Of a DNA stretch of 64,000 nt, positions 40,202 through 49,844 are shown piece by piece (within the stretch, counting starts at the first letter, position 1; every line of letters starts with the position of its first letter). The notes beneath the pieces are model-generated. The model saw nothing but the letters and a program-made list of their open reading frames with translations, had not been told where the DNA came from and made no database searches. The stretch is from an uncultured Alphaproteobacteria bacterium. GTDB lineage: Bacteria > Pseudomonadota > Alphaproteobacteria > RF32 > CAG-239. Location of the stretch: positions 2,216 through 66,215 of the forward strand of contig CALXRP010000006.1 of the NCBI GenBank assembly GCA_944390885.1. Reading direction: 5' to 3'. The position numbers and the translations under genes are program-made.

Positions 40202-42640
40202 TCAGTCAATGTCTGCCGCCGTTTCGTTAATCTGCCGTACAACACGCTGCGGAAAAGGAATATTGATGTTGTTTTCTCTGAATCTCTCCACCACTTTTTC
40301 CCGCACGCGGTAAGAAATATCGGCACTTTTGAAAACATCTCCGGTATAACAATTGAGCTGAAAGTTCAGACTGCTGTCGCCCAGATCCGTAAACAAAAGC
40401 GACGGTGCCGGATTTTTCAGCACATCCGGATCTTCGGCCGCAATCTGCATCAAAAGACTTTTGACTTTTTGAAGATCACTGCCGTAATCGACGCCGACTT
40501 TAACCTCTACCCGGGCGGTTTTGTTGCCGAAAGTTTTGTTAACCAGACTTTGGGACAAGATTGCCGAATTGGGAATTAAAACTTTGGCTTTGTTCCAGGT
40601 CTCAATCTCGGTGGCCCGCATATTGATTTGCTTCACAATCCCTTCATACCCGTCAATAATAACCCAGTCGCCGATTCGGATAGGACGTTCAAACAAAATG
40701 GTAAAACCGGCCACCAGATTGCTGACCGTATTTTGCAGGCCCATACCGGCGCCGAAAGAAAGCGCGCCCGCCATAATGGCAATACTCTGAAAACTTCCGC
40801 CCATCACCGCAACGCTGACCACCAGCGAAAAAATAACACCGAGAAAACCGATGGCGGAAACCAGAGAGTTTCTGGCGCCGGGAGACATATCTATCTGGCT
40901 CAGCGTCCCGGAGGCCAGGCTTTCCCTCAGACTGCGAAACAGCCACAGCGAGATAAAAAACGTTAAAATGCCCAGCAGGATTGACGAAATGGAAATATGC
41001 AGGCTGCCGATATTAAACCCGTTAAGAAAGCTTTTGACCTGGCTGAGCAGAATATCAACCGAGGCTCCCCAGATCCCGAGCAGCACAAAAAACGTTGCCA
41101 GCGTCAGCACCGGGGTCAGCAGCAACCCAAACCAAAAATTGATTTTAACGCGCGTGCGGGATTTCAGGCGCAAAATCCGGATAAGAAAACGCCATTGCAA
41201 AAACTGACGAAAGAGGGCGCGCAGCAGTTTTTGCAAAATATAAGCCGCCGCAACGGTCAATACCGAAATAATAAAACGGTTGATGACAAATTCGGACAGG
41301 CGGATATAACCGAACAAAGCCGCGGCAAAGGCGGCCAGCATTAAAAAAGAAATCACCAGCCCTGCCTTGGAAACGGCAGAAAGCCCTGGCGTATCGTCTT
41401 CAGATATGTCGCTGCCGTCTTCGGCTTTGCCGTCATCAGGATTGTTGTATAAAAATTTATAAGAAATAAAAATAACAAAAAAGGCCTTAACGCCGCTGGC
41501 AAAAATTTTCAGCGAATATAAAATATCGGCGTCGCTGTTGAGCCGCAAAGCCAGATTCTGAAAAAAACTGACCAGACAGAATGCCGCGGAAGTATAAATC
41601 AGCGTGGATGCCAAAGAGGCGGCCGCATCTTTTCTGACTTCAAAAATGCGCCACTGCGGATAAGCCGGAACCAAAGCCGTTTTAACGATGGCCAGGGCAA
41701 TAAAGAAATATAAAATATATAATGCCGCAGTATCAACCATCGTGCCGAAAGGCGTTCCGGCAAAAAGTTTATTATTGTTTATCCAAAACATAAACGAGCC
41801 GACCATCGCCGCCGGAATAATTCCACGCGCCGTAAACATCCAGACCGCGGCTTTAACCTTCTGCCCGTAATTGGGATTGATGACCCCGTTGTTATAGCCG
41901 AACCGCCCGCGGATAAAACGCCGGATATAATAGGCAGCAAAATAAGCCGCCAAAATATATCCGGCAGCATAAAGCAGATTTTTTGCGGCTGTCTTTTTTT
42001 CCGTTTCATTCAGTTTTTGATACCATAAAGACGGCGTCTTGGCCATATCCCAGGAAAAAACGGCAAAATTATATAAGGAAGAAGCAAAATCTTTAAGCTG
42101 AAAGACGGAACTTTGCTTGGTTAACAGATTGTCCAGAAGTTTCTGATTCCGAAGTTTGACAATCATGTTTTTGATGTCGCCGATTTTGTTTAACGCCAGA
42201 TTCCCTTGGGCAATTGCCGTTTTATAATCGTCAGCCTGTTTGTTGAAAGCACTTCTTTGAACGGCGATGGTTTTGGGCTCGTTTCCGTCGGCCGGCGCAA
42301 TGCCGAGGGCGTCTATTTTCTTTTGCAGCTTGTCCAAATCACCGGTATTTTGCAAAACAGCCTGGTTGATCTGATTGTAAAAACCGTCCAGATCATCAAG
42401 CATCGGCACGGTTTCTGCCGGAGTGGCCTTATTGCTGCTCAGGCTTTTGGCCATCTTATCCAGCTGTTTGTTGATTGCGGTATAATCCAACGCCGCCGGC
42501 ATTAAAACACTTTCTGCTGCCGGCCCTAAAACCGGAACAACAGAAAACAAAAAACACAAAATAAAAAGACAAATCCTTCTCATACCCGTTATGCTCCCGG
42601 ACAGCAGATATAAGCCTCCTGTCCGGCATATCAAGGGCAT
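40202..42640 (-). CDS. MscK/KefA-like large mechanosensitive channel (MscS family)
   Basis: Signal peptide, a periplasmic coiled-coil region, ~11 TM helices and an MscS core (..GNVVSAIGFLGVIFSL..RPIRIGDWVIIDGYEGIVKQINMRATEIETWN..). Confidence 0.8.
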   Translation of the reverse strand: MPLICRTGGLYLLSGSITGMRRICLFILCFLFSVVPVLGPAAESVLMPAALDYTAINKQLDKMAKSLSSNKATPAETVPMLDDLDGFYNQINQAVLQNTGDLDKLQKKIDALGIAPADGNEPKTIAVQRSAFNKQADDYKTAIAQGNLALNKIGDIKNMIVKLRNQKLLDNLLTKQSSVFQLKDFASSLYNFAVFSWDMAKTPSLWYQKLNETEKKTAAKNLLYAAGYILAAYFAAYYIRRFIRGRFGYNNGVINPNYGQKVKAAVWMFTARGIIPAAMVGSFMFWINNNKLFAGTPFGTMVDTAALYILYFFIALAIVKTALVPAYPQWRIFEVRKDAAASLASTLIYTSAAFCLVSFFQNLALRLNSDADILYSLKIFASGVKAFFVIFISYKFLYNNPDDGKAEDGSDISEDDTPGLSAVSKAGLVISFLMLAAFAAALFGYIRLSEFVINRFIISVLTVAAAYILQKLLRALFRQFLQWRFLIRILRLKSRTRVKINFWFGLLLTPVLTLATFFVLLGIWGASVDILLSQVKSFLNGFNIGSLHISISSILLGILTFFISLWLFRSLRESLASGTLSQIDMSPGARNSLVSAIGFLGVIFSLVVSVAVMGGSFQSIAIMAGALSFGAGMGLQNTVSNLVAGFTILFERPIRIGDWVIIDGYEGIVKQINMRATEIETWNKAKVLIPNSAILSQSLVNKTFGNKTARVEVKVGVDYGSDLQKVKSLLMQIAAEDPDVLKNPAPSLLFTDLGDSSLNFQLNCYTGDVFKSADISYRVREKVVERFRENNINIPFPQRVVRQINETAADID

Positions 42641-42898
42641 TGCCGGAAAACTTTAAATCCATCTCACCCGGAAATATTTTTTCACACAGTTTTTATAAAG
42701 TTGTTTTTTCTTGAAACGTTTTCTTGAATTCCCGATTGTTGGCCTGTGCTAATTGAATTTGTAATTATACTTATTAGAAATTGACTTGGTAAAAAGGATA
42801 GATAATAATAAAAAACAGAGGTATGAAATGAACAAAAATTTGCTGATAATTATATTTTCTTTACTGCTGTCAAATAATGCAGACGCAGCAGAAAAAAT

Positions 42899-43285
42899 AT
42901 GACGTCAATTGATAATTTAAAAGAGCAATATACTGAATGTGAAAAAATCTTTGAGCAAGAAAAACAAAAATGCCAAGAAAGCTGGAGTATGAAATGTTTT
43001 GATTATTTAATTTCCTTAAATCACAAAACACAAGATTGTTATATAAAAATTGCTACAAGGATGTTTACAAAATTTTACGGACAATCTGAAGATAGAACAG
43101 TCAAACAAATGACGGAATATATCAATTTTATGTATGAACAATATTTATTTATCTATGGAAATACAAACTTTTGCAAGAAAAATAATTGCGGCATCTCTCC
43201 ATATTTATATAGCGAATATGCCGCAACTTATGCAGTAAAGGACTATATTTTTAAAGCCATAAAAGCTATTGATATTCGTGAATAA
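42899..43285 (+). CDS. Cys-containing hypothetical protein; probably the mature part of a secreted protein whose signal-peptide ORF (42828..42902) is in another frame
   Basis: Upstream 24-codon ORF MNKNLLIIIFSLLLSNNADAAEKI* overlaps the ATG at an A6 tract. AT-rich locus. Confidence 0.35.
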   Translation: MTSIDNLKEQYTECEKIFEQEKQKCQESWSMKCFDYLISLNHKTQDCYIKIATRMFTKFYGQSEDRTVKQMTEYINFMYEQYLFIYGNTNFCKKNNCGISPYLYSEYAATYAVKDYIFKAIKAIDIRE

Positions 43286-43310
43286 TATCTATTATACCTG
43301 TTTCTAAATA

Positions 43311-43348
43311 ACAAAAAAAAGCTTTTACATTCAAAAGCTTATTTATTT
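43311..43348. terminator. Bidirectional rho-independent terminator
   Basis: Stem AAGCTTTT / AAAAGCTT with loop ACATTC, flanked by A8 and a T-rich run. Confidence 0.65.
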
Positions 43349-43365
43349 CGTCAGATTTTGCTCTA

Positions 43366-43707
43366 TTACTGCCGGCTGTATGAAACGGAAAGATTTCCGC
43401 GTTTTACGACCAGATTATCGCTATCCAGTTTTTCAATCGGCAGCGTCTCGGAAAAATCAATAGTCTGCCGGTTGCCGATGCTTTTGCCTGATAAAACCAG
43501 CGTATTGCCTTTTTTCTCCCATTTTTCATAACGCAAAGTTGCCATATTAACCGATTCCGCACGCCCGTCCGGATATAGCATAAAACCCTGAACAACATCC
43601 GGCATTCCGGGAACCGGCTCAACCCATTTGCCTTCAATACCAGATTCGCTGCAGGCTTGCAAAAACAATAAGGCTGCAGCCAAAACAATTTTATTTTTCA
43701 TAAACAC
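43366..43707 (-). CDS. Small lipoprotein (113 aa), unknown function
   Basis: Lipobox LFLQA-C. Confidence 0.5.
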   Translation of the reverse strand: MFMKNKIVLAAALLFLQACSESGIEGKWVEPVPGMPDVVQGFMLYPDGRAESVNMATLRYEKWEKKGNTLVLSGKSIGNRQTIDFSETLPIEKLDSDNLVVKRGNLSVSYSRQ

Positions 43708-43802
43708 CTCCTACTTTGAAAACTTATCAAAGCACGGAAAAGTAAAATAAAAATAAACGGCGCCGAACAAACAGCGCCGTTCATCAAAAAAAGACAAAGA
43801 AA

Positions 43803-44384
43803 TTATTTCTTATATCCGAGGTCTTCCAGCCAACCGGAAATGCCGAAAGTACGGCTGCCGTAACCAACCCAGCCGTCGGCATTGACCTTGCAGCCTTTGC
43901 ACTGGGCCGTCATATCTTTAATGGTGTTCTGCACACCGCCGCCGCCGTGCGTAATAAACGGAATAACGGTTTTGCCGGACAAGTTATAACTGTCAAGAAA
44001 AGAGCTGACCTGCGGCGTAATCGTCCCCCACCAGTTCGGCGAGCCTAAAAAGACAACATCATATTTTGAAATATCGTCAACCTTGGTCAGCAGTTTCGGC
44101 CGATAGTTGTTTGCAATCTCCTGTTTGGCCTGAACGGTCATAGGGCGATATTCTTCCGGATAAGTCCCTTCGGTTTTGATCTCAAAAATATCACCGCCGA
44201 CTTTTTCATGAATAGCCTCGGCGACTTCTTTTGTATTGCCGCTGTAAGAATAATAAGCGACCAGAATTTTGGGCGTATCGGTTGTCATGGCCTTATTCTC
44301 CTGTTTCATTTGGGCATAAGTTTTGTAGGTTGTTGCTGCCAGAATGGCAAAAACGGCAGCGCCGAATATAATAAGTTTGTTCAT
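43803..44384 (-). CDS. Flavodoxin-like FMN-binding protein with N-terminal signal/anchor
   Basis: Flavodoxin signature (KILVAYYSYSGNTKEVAEAI), ..VVFLGSPNWWG.. and ..FITHGGGG.. Confidence 0.7.
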   Translation of the reverse strand: MNKLIIFGAAVFAILAATTYKTYAQMKQENKAMTTDTPKILVAYYSYSGNTKEVAEAIHEKVGGDIFEIKTEGTYPEEYRPMTVQAKQEIANNYRPKLLTKVDDISKYDVVFLGSPNWWGTITPQVSSFLDSYNLSGKTVIPFITHGGGGVQNTIKDMTAQCKGCKVNADGWVGYGSRTFGISGWLEDLGYKK

Positions 44385-44553
44385 TTATTTCTCCTTAGGT
44401 TATACGGATAAAATTATTTTGCAAAAATCTATCGGACCAAGTCAGTATATTTTTTAGAGCATACTCTAAGTCAAGACGTTTTTTTGAAAAAAATACATAA
44501 TTCTTTGATGGAAAATTTTGAATATCGGTGTTAAAAATAATCAGGAGAAAAAA

Positions 44554-44697
44554 GATGAAAAGGCGCGAATTCTTATTAAATTCCATATGGGCTGCCGGCG
44601 GGCTGGCCTGGCTGCTGAAAATGATTGAAGAAAACAAGAAAAACGGCCTTACTCTGCCGCAAGATGAAAGCGGCGCCCGCACAAACTTTATTCGTTA
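44554..44697 (+). CDS. 47-aa small ORF consisting essentially of a twin-arginine (Tat) signal peptide
   Basis: AGGAG RBS 7 nt upstream. MKRREFLLNSIWAAGGLAWLL.. (RR-x-F-L motif plus h-region). Overlaps the 3' end of tatC convergently by 10 nt. Not in the supplied ORF track (<60 aa). Confidence 0.3.
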
Positions 44698-45404
44698 GGC
44701 TTTATTCTGCGGGCAAAATATAACCCGCCTTCAAATAACCCGTAGGTCGGAAGCGCAAGCAGCAGCTGGCTCACAATGTCCGGCGGCGTCAAAAATGCCG
44801 CCACAACCAAAATCGCAATGAAGATATAGCGCCGCTTGCTCTTAACGGCCTCATAAGAGGCGATTCCCGAACGGATGAGCGAATAAGTTACCAGCGGAAA
44901 CTGAAACATAATGCCAAACGCTACCGCCAGCCATAAAGAAAGCCCGATAACGTTTGAAATGCCAAAGACGGCTTTGAGATCTTCGGACGAAAAACTGACA
45001 CCGAATTTGATAATCAACGGCAGGATAAGAAAAATGCAAAAAACAACGCCGGTGCAAAAGAGCAGGCTGGAAACCAGCACAATCGAGCGGATAAAACGCC
45101 GCTCGTTGTCATAAAGCGCCGGCAGAACAAAGTTCCAAACCTGCTTGGCAATATACGGAAAACAAACCGCCAGATCCAAAACAACGGCCAGTTTGATCTG
45201 CAAGATAAAAACTTCCGCCGGCGAAAAAAAGTTCAGCGTAACCGGGCTGTCCGCGATAATCGTTTTTATCAGCCAGTCCAGAAAATACGGTGCAATCAAA
45301 ATCATCGGCACCAACCCGACCGCAATGGCCGTCAGGCAGCGGATGAGCATCGAACGCAGCGCCTCCAGATGGGCAACCAGATTTTCGTCTTTGTCTTCTT
45401 CCAT
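44688..45404 (-). CDS. tatC: Sec-independent protein translocase TatC
   Basis: Six TM helices and TatC-conserved segments (..FFSPAEVFILQIKLAVVLDLAVCFPYI..QVWNFVLPALY..ERRF..). Confidence 0.85.
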   Translation of the reverse strand: MEEDKDENLVAHLEALRSMLIRCLTAIAVGLVPMILIAPYFLDWLIKTIIADSPVTLNFFSPAEVFILQIKLAVVLDLAVCFPYIAKQVWNFVLPALYDNERRFIRSIVLVSSLLFCTGVVFCIFLILPLIIKFGVSFSSEDLKAVFGISNVIGLSLWLAVAFGIMFQFPLVTYSLIRSGIASYEAVKSKRRYIFIAILVVAAFLTPPDIVSQLLLALPTYGLFEGGLYFARRIKPNE

Positions 45405-45634
45405 TATTGATCAGATTTTTCGTCTTTTTTAGCTTCTTTCTTTTCCTCTTCTGCCACGGCTTTTTCAACCGTATCTTTCAGCTCTTTGGCCTCGTTTTGC
45501 AAAGTTTCTTTGGCTTTTTTATATTCATATTGGGCTTTTCCGAGTGCTTTGGCCAGTTCAGGAATGCGCTTTCCGCCAAACAAAACCAAAACAACGACCA
45601 AAATTAAGATAATCTCCGTAACGCCTAATGACAT
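45404..45634 (-). CDS. tatA: Sec-independent translocase TatA/E
   Basis: [34 protein letters not shown].. (TM + hinge + amphipathic helix). Its stop overlaps the tatC start (ATGA). Confidence 0.8.
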   Translation of the reverse strand: MSLGVTEIILILVVVLVLFGGKRIPELAKALGKAQYEYKKAKETLQNEAKELKDTVEKAVAEEEKKEAKKDEKSDQ

Positions 45635-45655
45635 ATTTTTTCTCCTTAAATAAAA

Positions 45656-46945
45656 TTATACAATCTGCTGTTCCTGAACCGGAAAAATGCTGATGGCCTT
45701 AACCGGACAAACACTGTGGCAAACACCGCAGCCGATGCAGCCGGCCGTGTCAATCTGCGGAAACTCGCCGTCTTTTTTGCTGATAACTCCGCGCGGACAT
45801 TCAGCAACACACAGGCCGCATTTGACGCAGGTTTCCTGATTAATGCTGGCAATGCCGATTCTTGTCTTTTGCTTTTCCTCCAAGGTGATTCTTCTGATTG
45901 CACCGGACGGACAAACTTCGGAACACTTGTGGCAGTCATAGTTGCAAAAACCGTTGCTGTAATCAATATGAACGGCAGCAAACTCGCTGTCGGCTTTTTT
46001 CAAAATCTTCATCGGACAGTTCTGCACACATAAATTGCAGTTCAGGCATTTGTTAACAAACTTCTCCGGATTATCGGCTCCGGCCGGCAAAATAACGCGC
46101 CGAACTTTTGCCGCAACACTTTTGCCCAGCTCAATTCCACCTTTGACGGCCGCCGCCAGAACAACCAAAGCCGCCCCGCCGATCAGAAATCTGCGCCGCG
46201 AAGGGCTGAAAGCGCTTTCTTCTTTTTTCTCTTTTGCCGAATGCCCGAAACAAATGGTGTCTTTCGGACATTGCGTCAGACATTTCAGACATTTGACGCA
46301 GGTCTCATTGTCCACGATATGATTTTTAAAGTCGATGCTGGCAGTCGGACAGCTTCGGGCACATAAGCCGCAGGAAACGCAGTTATCCGGTTTGATGTAA
46401 ATTTTGTTGTAAGAAACCTTGGAAATCAGTCCCAAAAGCGCACCGACCGGGCAGATTTCCGAACAAAACATCCGGCCTTTGAACCAGACCAGCAGGGCAA
46501 CGGCTATAACAACGCCGATACCGAGATAAGCGCAGCTGACTGCTGACCTGAAAAGCGTATATGGGTCAATCAGCCAGATAAGATATGCCGTTCCGCCGAT
46601 AAGGGCGCCGAAGACCACTGCCGCAATAAAATATTTATACGGATGTGATTTTCTGTGCAGCGGTTTTCTTTTGCGCCGGAATATAAAAGCTAAAAATTCC
46701 TGCATCAGGCCGAAAGGGCAGAGCGTTGAACAATAAATGCGCCCGAACAGCAACGTCAGCAGCAAAACGCCGGCAAACAACAGCACTGCTGCCAAAGAAA
46801 AATCAATAAACACACGTTGCGCCAGGGCGGTAACCTGTACGTCAAAAATCTTAACCGGATAAAAAATTCCGGTCAGCGCGGCTAACGACAACAAACCGAC
46901 AATAACAGCCGCAAAAATTCTGACATAACGATATGTTTTTTTCAT
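45656..46945 (-). CDS. Membrane-bound polyferredoxin: NapH-like N-terminal half fused to a NapG-like half carrying an internal twin-arginine motif
   Basis: TM helices with CSTLCPFG and CSEICPVG motifs plus 2 Cys4 clusters (NapH-like). Then SRRRFLIGGAALVVLAAAV (Tat-like) followed by 4 more CxxCxxCxxxCP clusters (NapG-like). Confidence 0.65.
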   Translation of the reverse strand: MKKTYRYVRIFAAVIVGLLSLAALTGIFYPVKIFDVQVTALAQRVFIDFSLAAVLLFAGVLLLTLLFGRIYCSTLCPFGLMQEFLAFIFRRKRKPLHRKSHPYKYFIAAVVFGALIGGTAYLIWLIDPYTLFRSAVSCAYLGIGVVIAVALLVWFKGRMFCSEICPVGALLGLISKVSYNKIYIKPDNCVSCGLCARSCPTASIDFKNHIVDNETCVKCLKCLTQCPKDTICFGHSAKEKKEESAFSPSRRRFLIGGAALVVLAAAVKGGIELGKSVAAKVRRVILPAGADNPEKFVNKCLNCNLCVQNCPMKILKKADSEFAAVHIDYSNGFCNYDCHKCSEVCPSGAIRRITLEEKQKTRIGIASINQETCVKCGLCVAECPRGVISKKDGEFPQIDTAGCIGCGVCHSVCPVKAISIFPVQEQQIV

Positions 46946-47017
46946 AAAAACTCCTTCCGTACGGATACAGACTGATAATTTAAATTATCTGCAATTTTGC
47001 AAGAACGCAAGGCAGAA

Positions 47018-47560
47018 TTATTTTATGCTCCTGCCGGCGTTATAAGCTTCCTCCATGGCAGGGCTGTTCTTTATATCGCCGATTTGCCATGCGCCTGTGC
47101 CGTAAATAACGCCTTTTTCTCTGGCGCCTTCCAGACAGTCTTCTGTAAAGCCGCGGAAACCTTCGAGCGTTTTTTCCATGTTGTCGCGGTTATCATCGGC
47201 GGCAGCAACGATAAAGTAAAAATCCTTATTGCTGATTTCCGTATAACGGGGAACGCTACGGTCAATCAGGGTTTTCATCTGTCCGTTCATCGTATAAAAA
47301 TAAACCGGCGTTGCCATAACGATAACATCGGCTTTGACCATCTTGTCCAGAATCTCTTCCATATCGTCTTTCTGAACACATTTGTGTGTGGTATTGCAGA
47401 CGCCGCAGCCCCGGCAGAAATTGATTTTCTTGCTGTTGATAAAAATCTTTTCAACATGGTTTCCGGCCTCTTCGGCGCCTTTGGCAAACTGGTCGCAGAG
47501 AGTGTCGGAGTTGCCGCCTTTGCGAAAACTGGCAGACAGGATAAGTACGTTTTTAGACAT
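47018..47560 (-). CDS. Iron-sulfur flavoprotein (Isf-like, flavodoxin/NADPH-dependent FMN reductase fold)
   Basis: ..LILSASFRKGGNSD.. FMN-binding N-terminus. Compact Cys motif CRGCGVC-x5-C (C-x2-C-x2-C-x5-C) typical of Isf. Confidence 0.7.
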   Translation of the reverse strand: MSKNVLILSASFRKGGNSDTLCDQFAKGAEEAGNHVEKIFINSKKINFCRGCGVCNTTHKCVQKDDMEEILDKMVKADVIVMATPVYFYTMNGQMKTLIDRSVPRYTEISNKDFYFIVAAADDNRDNMEKTLEGFRGFTEDCLEGAREKGVIYGTGAWQIGDIKNSPAMEEAYNAGRSIK

Positions 47561-47699
47561 TATATCTCCTTTCTGTTGTTAATAACGTCTGTTTTGCGAT
47601 TCTGAAAATATCATAAACTTTAGAGTTAACTCGAGGTCAACTATTTTCTTGACATTTATCCTGATTTTTTTACACTTCCCGAATATGGAGGGCAAAACA

Positions 47700-48134
47700 A
47701 TGGGATATTCAATCGGACAAGTATCAAAAAAAATGGGTCTGACCGCCCATACGCTGCGTTATTATGAAAAAGAAGGGCTTCTTCCGTTTGTCAAAAAGAA
47801 CGGCGCCGGCCTGCGGGTGTTTTCCGATAACGACCTCGGCTGGCTGGAACTGATAGAATGCCTGAAAGGCACCGGCATGACGCTGAAGGGCATAAAACAA
47901 TACATCGATTGGTTTCAGGAGGGCGATTCGACCTTAAAACAACGTCTGGAAATGTTTAAGGAACAAAAAGTCAAATTAAAAGAACAAATGGCCCGCCTTG
48001 AAAAATATATGGAAAGAATAGATTATAAAATCGCTTATTACAACGAAGTCATAGCCCACGGCGAAAAAGGCATTTGGGACAGAAATCCCGGCCTCAAAGC
48101 CGCCAGAGAACGCATTTACGGCAAAAGAGGATAA
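47700..48134 (+). CDS. MerR-family transcriptional regulator
   Basis: GGAGGG RBS. MerR HTH (MGYSIGQVSKKMGLTAHTLRYYEKEGLL) and a coiled-coil dimerisation helix. Divergent from the isf operon. A 10-bp perfect palindrome GAGTTAACTC sits at 47623..47632 in the shared intergenic region. Confidence 0.8.
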   Translation: MGYSIGQVSKKMGLTAHTLRYYEKEGLLPFVKKNGAGLRVFSDNDLGWLELIECLKGTGMTLKGIKQYIDWFQEGDSTLKQRLEMFKEQKVKLKEQMARLEKYMERIDYKIAYYNEVIAHGEKGIWDRNPGLKAARERIYGKRG

Positions 48135-48243
48135 TTTGCGCCGAAATACAGATTTAGCTCTTGCAAAAATATATTTCTGTAATAAAATTCGCACAACGTT
48201 AAAATTAAGCAAATTCAACAAAAAATAAAAAGAGATTAAAGCC

Positions 48244-49803
48244 ATGGCAGAAAAATTTTACATTACCACCCCGATTTACTATCCTTCCGGTTCGCCGCAT
48301 ATCGGCCATTGTTATACCACGGTTGCCTGTGATGCCGTTGCCCGTTACAAACGCGCCCGGGGATATGACGTTATGTTCCTGACCGGAACGGATGAACACG
48401 GTCAGAAAATCGAGGATAAGGCCGCTGCTGCCGGACTTTCGCCGAAAGCTTATGCTGATCAGGTCGTCGGCGAGTTTAAAAAACTCTGGACCTATATGAA
48501 CATTTCTTATGACCGCTTTGTTCGCACAACGGATGATTATCACATTCAAACCGTACAATATGTCTTTAAGCAGCTTTACGACAAAGGCTATATTTATAAG
48601 GGCGAATACAAAGGCAAATATTGCAAACCCTGTGAAAGTTTCTGGACCGATTCTCAGCTGGTAGACGGCAAATGTCCGGATTGCGGACGCGATGTGGTCG
48701 AAATGACGGAAGAAGCCTATTTCTTCAAGCTTTCCGCTTTTTCCGACCGGCTGCGCAATCTGCTCGAGAATAATGATTTTCTTGAACCGTCCAGCCGGGT
48801 GAACGAAATGGTCAACAACTTCATCAAACCGGGGCTGGAAGACTTGTGCGTCTCCCGTACCGGGTTCAAATGGGGCGTGCCGGTAACGTTTGACGACAAG
48901 CATATTGTTTATGTCTGGATTGACGCGCTTTCCAACTATATTTCCGCCCTTGGTTTTCATAATGACGTTTATCACGATTATGAAAAATATTGGCCGGCGG
49001 ATATTCATGTTATGGCAAAAGAAATTGTCCGTTTTCATGCCCTGATTTGGCCGGCAATCCTGATGGCGCTGGACATTCCTTTGCCGAAAAAGATTTATGG
49101 CCATGGTTGGATCACCTTTGGCGATAAAAAAATGAGCAAATCGCTCGGCAATGTGGTCGATCCTTTTGTCTTGGGCGACCGTTACGGCGTAGATGCACTG
49201 CGTTATGAAATTTTGCGCGAAATGCCGTTCAGCAGCGACTGCACTTTTGTCAGCGAACTGTTTTTGCAGCGGATTAATACCGATTTGGCCAACAATTTGG
49301 GCAATCTGGTTTCCCGCACCGTTTCAATGATTCAAAAATATTTTGACGGCCGCCTGCCGACCGAAAGACAGTCGGAGGATTTGGACAAGGAACTGATTGC
49401 CTTGGCCGAAGCAACGCCGAAGAAAGTTGAGGAAAAAATAGATTCAATGCATTTAAGTGATGCGCTGGCCGAAATTTTTAACCTGATTTCCCGCGCTAAT
49501 AAATACATTGACGAAACCACGCCCTGGGCCTTGGCAAAAGACGAAAGTCAGAAAACGCGGCTGGCGACGGTTTTGTATAACCTGCTGGAAACCATCCGCA
49601 TCAGCTCGGTTTTGTTGCAGCCCTTTATGCCGACAACCATGCCGGAAGTCTGGAAGAGGATTGGCGCCGGAGAAAAAGAAACGGCCTGGAACACGCTTTA
49701 TACTTTCGGCGGCCTGCCGGCAAATGCCGAAGTTACCGGCGGCGCCCCGTTGTTCCCGCGCATTAATATCCCGCAGGAACTTGAATATATGGCGGCAATT
49801 TAA
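48244..49803 (+). CDS. metG: Methionine--tRNA ligase (short form)
   Basis: HIGH motif (PSGSPHIGHCYT), Zn knuckle (CKPC...CPDC), KMSKS (KMSKSLGN) and an anticodon-binding helical domain. Confidence 0.9.
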   Translation: MAEKFYITTPIYYPSGSPHIGHCYTTVACDAVARYKRARGYDVMFLTGTDEHGQKIEDKAAAAGLSPKAYADQVVGEFKKLWTYMNISYDRFVRTTDDYHIQTVQYVFKQLYDKGYIYKGEYKGKYCKPCESFWTDSQLVDGKCPDCGRDVVEMTEEAYFFKLSAFSDRLRNLLENNDFLEPSSRVNEMVNNFIKPGLEDLCVSRTGFKWGVPVTFDDKHIVYVWIDALSNYISALGFHNDVYHDYEKYWPADIHVMAKEIVRFHALIWPAILMALDIPLPKKIYGHGWITFGDKKMSKSLGNVVDPFVLGDRYGVDALRYEILREMPFSSDCTFVSELFLQRINTDLANNLGNLVSRTVSMIQKYFDGRLPTERQSEDLDKELIALAEATPKKVEEKIDSMHLSDALAEIFNLISRANKYIDETTPWALAKDESQKTRLATVLYNLLETIRISSVLLQPFMPTTMPEVWKRIGAGEKETAWNTLYTFGGLPANAEVTGGAPLFPRINIPQELEYMAAI

Positions 49804-49844
49804 TCTTCTCTCCCCGGATCCCCTCCGGGGAGTTTTGTATCTGT

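Noticed and set aside
46997-47605. 202-aa plus-strand ORF antisense to the Isf-like flavoprotein gene
   Set aside because: The minus-strand product has the FMN-binding and Cys motif signatures. The plus-strand ORF lacks any.
48205-49104. 299-aa minus-strand ORF antisense to metG
   Set aside because: metG HIGH/KMSKS motifs are on the plus strand.
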